DNA of 64,000 nt. Source: Nitrososphaerales archaeon. Lineage in GTDB: Archaea > Thermoproteota > Nitrososphaeria > Nitrososphaerales > UBA57. Positions 57,225-64,000 of the stretch are shown here, piece after piece. The stretch's first letter is position 1. Every line of letters begins with the position of its first letter. The notes beneath the pieces were generated by a model that saw nothing but the letters and a program-made list of their open reading frames with translations, made no database searches and was not told the DNA's origin. The translations under genes and the position numbers were made by a program. The stretch is taken from NCBI GenBank assembly GCA_047517285.1, contig JAKZTE010000003.1:474-64473 (forward strand). The letters are read 5' to 3'.

Positions 57225-57911
57225 TTATTCAGTAACGAATTCTTTTTGAGCTTCTTCTATATCTTTATGACTATCGATAGATCGCCATTTCACATTATTC
57301 TGTTTTATTGCAGACAATTTATTTTCTTGGGCAAGTAAAGGAAAGACGTCAGTTTCCAGACTGCCAACGCTTGATAAATAATTGAAGATTTTATTAGAGA
57401 AACAATATATTCCGGCATTAATCCAATGGTCGTCAAGTATTGGTTTTTCAGTAAAACGAGAGATCATACCATCTTCTTTAATTTCAATTTCTCCAAAAGG
57501 ACTTCTTAAGGCAACTACTGCAATAGTTCCAATTAGCCCGTCAGTAAGATTGGAAATTAAACTATTTGGATCTATATTAGACATGATATCACCGTTCATA
57601 ACAATGAAGTTAGAATGTTCTTTAAGAAGAGACTCAGATTGCATCAAGGCGCCTCCTGTGCCAAGAGGTTCTTCTTCTTTAGAATATTCAATAGAAACAC
57701 CGAATTTTTCTCCATCTCCAAAATATTCAGTAATATTTTCACTCATATAACCGGTGCAAAGAACAACTTCTCCAATATTATGTGATTTAAGCCACATAAT
57801 TTGCCATTCAAGTATTGGCTTATTTGAGATAGGGATCATTGGCTTAGGTTTGTCGTCAGTAAGTGGTCTAAGTCGTTTTCCCATTCCACCTGCTAAAATA
57901 AGCGCTTTCAT
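57225..57911 (-). CDS. Sugar-1-phosphate nucleotidyltransferase
   Basis: 228 aa; MKALILAGGMGKRLRPLTDDKPKPM. Confidence 0.88.
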   Translation of the reverse strand: MKALILAGGMGKRLRPLTDDKPKPMIPISNKPILEWQIMWLKSHNIGEVVLCTGYMSENITEYFGDGEKFGVSIEYSKEEEPLGTGGALMQSESLLKEHSNFIVMNGDIMSNIDPNSLISNLTDGLIGTIAVVALRSPFGEIEIKEDGMISRFTEKPILDDHWINAGIYCFSNKIFNYLSSVGSLETDVFPLLAQENKLSAIKQNNVKWRSIDSHKDIEEAQKEFVTE

Positions 57912-57990
57912 AATATATTTTTAATAATTATTAACTATAGATAATCTTTTTCCAAAAGACATATCTTTTCTCGCGTATTTATTAGAATTA

Positions 57991-58542
57991 ATGTTTGAAA
58001 TTGCTGATATTGTGAGGTTAAGAAAACAATTAGGATTAACGCAGACAGAATTGGCAAAATTATCAGGGGTAAGTCAATCATTAATTACTAAGATGGAAGC
58101 GAAAAAAGTAGAACCTTCGTATTCCAAAGTAAAGATACTGATAGAGACCCTGCAAAAACAAGGACGAAGTGATAAAAGAACGGCCAGAAATATATGTTCA
58201 AAAACAGTAAAAGGACTGGATAAGAAAGAGACTTTAAAAGAAGCGGCTAAGAAGATTCGTGAAAAAAATATATCACAACTTCCAGTTTTCGACAAGAATA
58301 ATATTGTAGGAAGTTTGTCAGAGAAAACAATTTTACGAGTATTATCGGAATCAGGTTCTCCAAATGAGGCATTTGCAAAAAAAGTAATAGATGTAATGGA
58401 TCCTTCTTTTCCAACAGTTGATGCAGATACACCGGTTGAATTATTATATCAGATGTTAGAATTTTTTGAAGCAGTAGTGGTAATAGAGAAGGCAAAAGTT
58501 ATAGGAATAGTAACACGAAGTGATTTATTTAAATTGAAATAG
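57991..58542 (+). CDS. XRE-type HTH + CBS-pair transcriptional regulator
   Basis: 183 aa; LRKQLGLTQTELAKLSGVSQSLITKME HTH, then two CBS motifs (IVGSLSEKTILR, VIGIVTRSDLF). Confidence 0.85.
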   Translation: MFEIADIVRLRKQLGLTQTELAKLSGVSQSLITKMEAKKVEPSYSKVKILIETLQKQGRSDKRTARNICSKTVKGLDKKETLKEAAKKIREKNISQLPVFDKNNIVGSLSEKTILRVLSESGSPNEAFAKKVIDVMDPSFPTVDADTPVELLYQMLEFFEAVVVIEKAKVIGIVTRSDLFKLK

Positions 58543-58591
58543 ATTAAGAAATACTTTTAATATAGACATTTACAGAATAATAAGAATAGAA

Positions 58592-59530
58592 TTGATTGAT
58601 TATTGGATTGCAGGAATTTATCCACGGAATGAGACACTCATTGAATCAACAAGATTATATGATAAAACATTACGAGAACAATTTAATAAAGAAAAGACAC
58701 GATTATTAAAAATTCAATCCAAGAATAAATTTAAGTATATAACAGATCCGTTAATTGATTGGGATGACAACATAAGGCCATTCACAGACAATCTAAAAGG
58801 AATAGAGAAAGGTCCGCTAACTAGATACTATGAAAATAATACTTTTTATCGTCAGCCAATAATTACGAACAAGATTGCAACTTCAGGTAAAATTTTAAAG
58901 AACAGTATTTGTTTTAATTTATTTTCAGATAAATCTAAATCCAAGATAGATATATTGGATCCATTTACATTCTACGATTTATCTGCAAATGAATTTTATA
59001 AATCGGAAGAAGAAGCAATAAACGCATTTGCGGATATGATTAAAAAAGAACTAAATTCAATAAAAAGAGATACAGGATTAATACAGTTTAATGCTCCATC
59101 ATTGGCGCGAGTAAAAGAAAAAGAACAACTAGACATAGTTAGAAAAGCAATGGTAAAAATACTAAAAGGGTTGGATGTAACAACATGTTTGAATTTATGG
59201 GGATCAGATGTGTCAGATACATTGGAGGCCTTTCAAGATTTTCCTGTGGACATAATAGGTATAGATTTCACTACTTCAAAAATTGACAAATTTGATAAAA
59301 TAGAGATTAACAAAGGATTAGCTTGTGGTTTGATAGATGCAAAGAATACTAAAATGGAAAAGACGTCAGAGATTATTAGAGAGTTAAAAAATATTAAAGC
59401 GTTATTTAAACCAACTTCACTAGCAGTAATACCAAGTTGGGATTTTGAATTCATACCGGAAACATTTGCTTGTAAGAAATTAGACATAATGAAACAAATA
59501 AAAGAAAAAACAAGTGTAATGAAACTATGA
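58592..59530 (+). CDS. MetE N-terminal-domain-like protein (non-catalytic half of cobalamin-independent methionine synthase)
   Basis: 312 aa; MetE/UROD-like fold motifs (YYENNTFYRQPII, IQFNAPSL), but the Zn ligand positions read TCLNLW and IPSWDF instead of H-x-C and DCG. Confidence 0.65.
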   Translation: MIDYWIAGIYPRNETLIESTRLYDKTLREQFNKEKTRLLKIQSKNKFKYITDPLIDWDDNIRPFTDNLKGIEKGPLTRYYENNTFYRQPIITNKIATSGKILKNSICFNLFSDKSKSKIDILDPFTFYDLSANEFYKSEEEAINAFADMIKKELNSIKRDTGLIQFNAPSLARVKEKEQLDIVRKAMVKILKGLDVTTCLNLWGSDVSDTLEAFQDFPVDIIGIDFTTSKIDKFDKIEINKGLACGLIDAKNTKMEKTSEIIRELKNIKALFKPTSLAVIPSWDFEFIPETFACKKLDIMKQIKEKTSVMKL

Positions 59531-60543
59531 AAAAGTTTCCGATTGCAACCCAAGAGATAGGCAGTATAAGAAAACCAAGATGGTTGGTTAAATTATTGCA
59601 AGACAAGAACGTGTCAGATGAGATCAAGGAATCAGCCAGAAGTGATGTAGCATTAATGAATTTGAAATTATTTGAAGATGTAGGTTTAGATGTAGTATAT
59701 GATGGAGAAGCAAGACGAGTAGAGATGTATGAATACAGTATAAGAAGAATAGAGGGTTTGAAATTAGCAGGAAAGATTAGATCATGGGACAATAAATACT
59801 ACAATAAAGGAAGATGTACAAAGAAAGTTAATTACAAAGGGCCATATCACGTAGACGAATTTTTATTCGTGAAAGAAAATGCCAAGAAAATGATTAAACT
59901 ACCAATAACTGGAGCTTATACTTTAGCAGATTGGTCTTATAATGAGGCTTACAAATCAAAAGAAGATTTTACAATAGACTTGGCGAGAAAAGTAATTAGG
60001 CCATTAATTAGAGATTTAGTTAAAACAGGAGCAGATTTTATTCAAATTGATGAGCCTGCAGCGACAACACATCCAGAGGAAATGAAATTAGTGGTTGATT
60101 CATTTAATGAATCGATAAAAGGAATTAATGCGAAATTTGGGATTCATATATGCTACAGCGAAGATTATTCAAATATGTATCCAGAAGTACTTGAAATGAA
60201 GAATCACCAGTATGAATTAGAGTTTGCCAACAGGGATTCATGGAACAAAGGCGCAAATCATTCAAACAGGAACGGATATAAGTCATTTCTAAAGACTTTT
60301 AGAGATTATAATGAGAAGAAGGAGATTGGTTTAGGAGTCCTAGACGTCCACGTAGATAAAATAGAACCTCCTGAATTAGTAAGAGATAGGATATTATACG
60401 CAGTAAAAATGACAGACAATCCTAATCTTATACATGTAAATCCCGATTGTGGTTTAAGAACTAGAACAAGAGAAATATCATTTTCAAAACTCAGAAATAT
60501 GGTAATTGGCGCAGAAATGGCCAAAAAGAAATTAGAATTATAA
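59527..60543 (+). CDS. metE: Cobalamin-independent methionine synthase, catalytic (C-terminal-type) domain
   Basis: 338 aa; IQIDEPA, Zn ligands in IHICYS and NPDCGLRTR; the start overlaps the upstream gene by 4 nt (ATGA). Confidence 0.88.
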   Translation: MKKFPIATQEIGSIRKPRWLVKLLQDKNVSDEIKESARSDVALMNLKLFEDVGLDVVYDGEARRVEMYEYSIRRIEGLKLAGKIRSWDNKYYNKGRCTKKVNYKGPYHVDEFLFVKENAKKMIKLPITGAYTLADWSYNEAYKSKEDFTIDLARKVIRPLIRDLVKTGADFIQIDEPAATTHPEEMKLVVDSFNESIKGINAKFGIHICYSEDYSNMYPEVLEMKNHQYELEFANRDSWNKGANHSNRNGYKSFLKTFRDYNEKKEIGLGVLDVHVDKIEPPELVRDRILYAVKMTDNPNLIHVNPDCGLRTRTREISFSKLRNMVIGAEMAKKKLEL

Positions 60544-60544
60544 A

Positions 60545-61984
60545 CTAATCAGTTTTAGAATTAGTAATTGTAGGCACAGGAACTTCAGTTTCATTTGCAG
60601 TTTTTGCTGCTGCTTCTTTAGCAGCTTTTTCAGCCGCAATTACCTTTGGATTATATGAACGATAAACATGGGCAATTATACCAAATATACAGAATATAGC
60701 TCCAGTCTCAAATAGGGCAAGAGCCCATAATCCTCCTGCATATGCCATCAAGGCCATTCCATTAAGGATAACTTCAAAGATGACAAGCGAGATCATAACC
60801 GCATAAGTCCAGAAAGTATTCAGAATTAACGGAGTTTGTTTTGTAGGTATAGGTCTTTGGCCAGGCACTACAAGAGCAGAACGGGCCTTGAGGAATCCAT
60901 AGACGACGACAAAGCTAAAAACAACACTAATTAGCATAACACTATAAAATGGAATTGGTTCAATGAATAACCTTTCAGTTAGATTCTTAGTTGGATCTGG
61001 ATGTACATAGAATCCCCAAATAGTGGTAATAAAGATTTGAGTGATACTAGCAATACCTAAAGCAGCGAAGAATGGTCTGTCTTTCCATGAAATTTTTCTG
61101 CTATGATCAATAAATGGTACAAATAGGAACATAGCTATCAATAGACCCGGCAGCAGACCGCCAGTAATGAATTTATCAAAACCTGTCCGAATAAACGCAT
61201 ACAAACCTGTAAGATACCATTCTGGAACCGTAATTCCAGGAGGATGGTTAGGATCAAATTTCACACCCATTTCTACAGGGAATATGCCTCCAGTAATAAG
61301 AATTATACCAACCATTGCAGACCACATCGGGAGATCGAAAACAAGGAAACGTGGGAAATGAACGAACATTAAAATTCCCATTACAATCGGAATTATGAAA
61401 ACATGAAGTGCATAAAGTCTTATTAAGAAATCTGAAAATCCTTGACCCCAAATCATTTTGGCAAGTGTCGGCCCTATAATTGGGCTAAATACAGTTAACG
61501 AGACCCCTATACTTACAGCCAGTTCAGCTCTATCGTTAAAGAGTAAATTATATCCAGTGAAGGCCTCCAATATAGTAACTACACCAAGGATCATACCGGT
61601 AACCCATATCATTTCATTTTTAATTTTATATCGGCCACTGAAATATTGATAATAAAGGTGTAAAACAGCCATAAAGACCATTGCGTTTGAACCATGGTAA
61701 TGTATATTTCGTATTGCAAAACCGTAAGGAATTTCTTCGTCTATAAATTCAACACTATCGAAAGCTCCTTCAATTCCTGGAACATAAAACAGCATCAAGA
61801 ATGCTCCTGTTACTCCAAGAAGTAGAAACAAACAGAAAGTAAGCATGCCGCTGAAACCCATAGGGCTCAGGAATTTTTTTGGCATTGTAAACTTAAGTCC
61901 TAAAAATACAGTTCGGTTCATCCGATTCATAGTATAATCCCAAAACTTTGAGATAATACTTTGTTTCTTAGACGTAGCGGCCAA
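60545..61984 (-). CDS. Cytochrome b (fused b6 + subunit IV-like, complex III)
   Basis: 479 aa; heme-ligand helices IRNIHYHGSNAMVFMAVLHLYY and LYALHVFIIPIVMGILMFVHF; many TM helices. Confidence 0.85.
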   Translation of the reverse strand: MAATSKKQSIISKFWDYTMNRMNRTVFLGLKFTMPKKFLSPMGFSGMLTFCLFLLLGVTGAFLMLFYVPGIEGAFDSVEFIDEEIPYGFAIRNIHYHGSNAMVFMAVLHLYYQYFSGRYKIKNEMIWVTGMILGVVTILEAFTGYNLLFNDRAELAVSIGVSLTVFSPIIGPTLAKMIWGQGFSDFLIRLYALHVFIIPIVMGILMFVHFPRFLVFDLPMWSAMVGIILITGGIFPVEMGVKFDPNHPPGITVPEWYLTGLYAFIRTGFDKFITGGLLPGLLIAMFLFVPFIDHSRKISWKDRPFFAALGIASITQIFITTIWGFYVHPDPTKNLTERLFIEPIPFYSVMLISVVFSFVVVYGFLKARSALVVPGQRPIPTKQTPLILNTFWTYAVMISLVIFEVILNGMALMAYAGGLWALALFETGAIFCIFGIIAHVYRSYNPKVIAAEKAAKEAAAKTANETEVPVPTITNSKTD

Positions 61985-62771
61985 GTCCTACAACTCCATT
62001 CTTTTCCAGAGAAGTATCAGGTGGAAGAACCCATATATCTCCATTTTCATCAACCTCTAGAGGAAGAGTTGGAAGCGCGTCATTAGGTTTAGATTGCATC
62101 ATAGCAGGTCCTTTATGAGACAATCCAGTTCGAGGATCGTAATTACTTCCATGGCACGGACATTCAATATTACCAGTTAACTTTTCGCCATTAACTTCTA
62201 TTTCACGACCTTCAACATAATCCCAGAGACACCAAAGGTGAACGCACACCATACTGTAAATTCTAAAAGCAGATGCATCATTTGGATCGCCACCAGCATT
62301 TGATGCAAGTCGAATTAATTGATAACGGCGAAATGGTTCAGAATCTTTTTCGTCGTCGCCAGTTCGAGGAAATGGAAATACAACAGAACTATCAGGTTCA
62401 ATATCTGCAATGTTAGCAAAACGCCCTTCAGGTGTCATAATTCTTTGTCTAATAGCTTCTGTACCTCCCAAGGTAGCAGTGAAAAATGATCCATACGGAA
62501 TGAAAGGAGTAAGTCCCAAAATACCACCTGCGACAGCTATTACTTTAAGAAAGTTTCTTCGTTCTTTAGATGGAGGGATGTCGACAATATCTTCGGTTTT
62601 TTCTTCGGTTTTTTCTTCGGTTTTTTCTATGACCGGAGTTGATTCAACTTTAGCTACGGCAGGAGATTCTACATTATTATCAAGAGAATTATTTGAAATT
62701 TCAGAATTATTAACAGCTTCAGAACTAGGCTGTTGATTGTCAGATTGTTGTATTTTTTCTTTTTCCGCCAT
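61968..62771 (-). CDS. Rieske [2Fe-2S] protein with a Tat signal and an acidic N-terminal extension
   Basis: 267 aa; RRNFLK twin-arginine motif, cluster boxes CVHLWC and CPCHGS. Confidence 0.9.
   Translation of the reverse strand: MAEKEKIQQSDNQQPSSEAVNNSEISNNSLDNNVESPAVAKVESTPVIEKTEEKTEEKTEDIVDIPPSKERRNFLKVIAVAGGILGLTPFIPYGSFFTATLGGTEAIRQRIMTPEGRFANIADIEPDSSVVFPFPRTGDDEKDSEPFRRYQLIRLASNAGGDPNDASAFRIYSMVCVHLWCLWDYVEGREIEVNGEKLTGNIECPCHGSNYDPRTGLSHKGPAMMQSKPNDALPTLPLEVDENGDIWVLPPDTSLEKNGVVGLGRYV
62591..62626. repeat. In-frame 12-nt tandem repeat (3 copies) in the Rieske gene 5' region
   Basis: cttcggtttttt x3; encodes EKTEEKTEEKTE on the minus strand. Confidence 0.9.
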
Positions 62772-62889
62772 TTGCTAACACACTAGTCTAGAATGAATAT
62801 TCATCAAGAGCATATATATTTATTTTCTTTGTTGTCAAAAATGGCATAAAGATACGACATTTATAAGCAGCTTCTTTTTTTACTTTAAT

Positions 62890-63345
62890 GTGTCACAGAC
62901 GTCAAAGATAGCAGGGCCGCTTTTTATTATATGTATATTAACATCATTAGCAGGTTTTGGGTATTTTCAGTTCGTATATATGCCGGAGGTAAATAAAGAG
63001 GTAATAGTTCCAGAAGAATGGTTAAATCCGCCGGAAAAGATGGAAATCGACATATTATTAGGTTCTGTTGATCAAGATCAGGAAGATAACTTTTTACCAA
63101 ATGCAATTTCCGTGACATTAGGAGAAAATAATTTAGTAACATGGTCAAACTTAGACGGCGTCATTCATACAGTAACAGCAGAAGTCGGTAAAGAATTTAT
63201 GAAACTAGCAGGAAATGCAAATTATATAGATCCTGAAGGCGGAGAATTTTCATTTCTGTTTATTGAATCTGGGGAATACACATACTATTGTGCGCCACAT
63301 CCATGGATGAGAGGAACAGTAATCGTATCAGAACCTGAAGCTTAA
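62890..63345 (+). CDS. Membrane-anchored plastocyanin-like blue copper protein (cupredoxin)
   Basis: 151 aa; N-terminal TM helix, type-1 Cu ligands in VIHTVTA and YYCAPHPWM; GTG start. Confidence 0.85.
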   Translation: MSQTSKIAGPLFIICILTSLAGFGYFQFVYMPEVNKEVIVPEEWLNPPEKMEIDILLGSVDQDQEDNFLPNAISVTLGENNLVTWSNLDGVIHTVTAEVGKEFMKLAGNANYIDPEGGEFSFLFIESGEYTYYCAPHPWMRGTVIVSEPEA

Positions 63346-63917
63346 GAAACAGGTTTCAGTACTTTAGCGCGTGCAAATAATTTAGCAATTCTTAGAGGTT
63401 CTGGAATTGAACCTTGTAAAGTGAATTTATTCAAGATTCTTTGAGCTTCTGTTTTTGAAATACCGCAAATTTGAGCATGAATAAAATATTTCGTTGTCAA
63501 ATTAATTTTTAGATTATCACCATTTTTAGAATTTATAAGTAGTTTATTTTTCCATGAAGTAGAGTGTTTTCTTTTAAAGTTATTTTCGAGATTTTTTGGA
63601 GAGTTTAGTGAAACAGATATTATTGGAAGATTAAAGGAGTTAAATAAATAATGGATATCTACTACATTGTAACTACTCATAATAGAACCAAGAATTAATA
63701 TTACATTAATGTCATTTCTATGAAATTGTTTGTACATCAGAGAAATACTATCAGTTATATCATCGCCGCCAACAGTAGACAGTCCATAATTACATCCGTC
63801 AATAACCAAATCACTGCGCATAACGACAGAACATAAAGTTGATTTATTTGAGATAGGCAAATAGCATTCTGCAACACCCATTGCACGAATAGCATTCTTC
63901 TCAAGATGTATTTTCAT
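63342..63917 (-). CDS. DUF99/UPF0215-family protein (endonuclease-V-like fold)
   Basis: 191 aa; IRAMGVAECY...LCSVVMRSDLVIDG...STVGGDDITDSI resembles the DUF99 pattern. Confidence 0.6.
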   Translation of the reverse strand: MKIHLEKNAIRAMGVAECYLPISNKSTLCSVVMRSDLVIDGCNYGLSTVGGDDITDSISLMYKQFHRNDINVILILGSIMSSYNVVDIHYLFNSFNLPIISVSLNSPKNLENNFKRKHSTSWKNKLLINSKNGDNLKINLTTKYFIHAQICGISKTEAQRILNKFTLQGSIPEPLRIAKLFARAKVLKPVS

Positions 63918-64000
63918 AATAAACTATTGAAGCTAATATGTGGATTTTGAGTTAGATTTAATTTTATATTTCTTTATCAATGAAGAGATATTCTTGTGTA

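Noticed and set aside
62793-62804. Perfect 12-bp palindrome ATGAATATTCAT ~27 nt upstream of the Rieske start
   Set aside because: By rough estimate, dozens of palindromes this size are expected by chance in 64 kb of ~33% GC DNA. I could not find a second copy or flanking symmetry, so it is noted only as a possible TATA-region element.
63981-64000. ATG at 63981 (MKRYSC...) possibly starting the next plus-strand gene
   Set aside because: Only ~7 codons are visible before the window ends, which is not enough to support a call.
1-64000. Search by eye for tRNA/rRNA genes, C/D-box sRNAs, CRISPR arrays, transposases/IS ends, integrases and inteins
   Set aside because: No GC-rich structured islands, no RUGAUGA...CUGA pairs in intergenic gaps, no spacer-separated repeats, and no transposase or integrase-like ORFs. 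RpoA, RpoB, RadA, EF-2 and LysRS have normal lengths without intein-like inserts. A covariance-model scan (tRNAscan-SE, Infernal) is still needed to exclude small RNAs.

Overview
This is a densely packed, roughly one-third G+C (by eye) archaeal chromosome segment. Its gene content points to an ammonia-oxidising thaumarchaeon (Nitrosopumilales-like): an unsplit rpoA, a Rieske/cytochrome b pair next to a plastocyanin-like blue copper protein, class I LysRS, and LysW-type amino-acid biosynthesis. I support 64 protein-coding genes, three of them absent from the ORF track: a truncated eS1 at the left edge, a 57-aa LysW carrier protein and a 59-aa eS30. By eye I saw no tRNA/rRNA genes, CRISPR arrays, transposases or inteins. 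Layout: (1) the rpoH-rpoB-rpoA-L30e-nusA-S12-S7-S3Ae operon (1-9.8 kb). (2) Housekeeping genes (proteasome alpha, mevalonate-decarboxylase-like, radA, fen1). (3) A thrC-like / CysO-like sulfur carrier / E1-like operon (18.5-21.2 kb). (4) EF-2 and one co-directional argG-argH-lysW-X-Y-Z-J-K cluster (23.9-31.9 kb). (5) Nucleotide, isoprenoid and C/D-snoRNP genes. (6) A 13.6-kb surface-glycan island (44.3-57.9 kb). (7) Split metE, complex III and blue copper genes. Most of the window is ordinary core genome. The items most worth follow-up are a cytidylyltransferase fused to a LarA-like nickel-pincer racemase/epimerase domain beside an atypical NeuB-like synthase, the ThrC-like + GG-terminated carrier + E1 operon (possible thiocarboxylate-dependent homocysteine synthesis), an AsnC-type HTH fused to the LysK/ArgE hydrolase, a Cys-rich insertion in RpoB, and a two-gene MetE. 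All family assignments come from reading motifs by eye; no searches were run.
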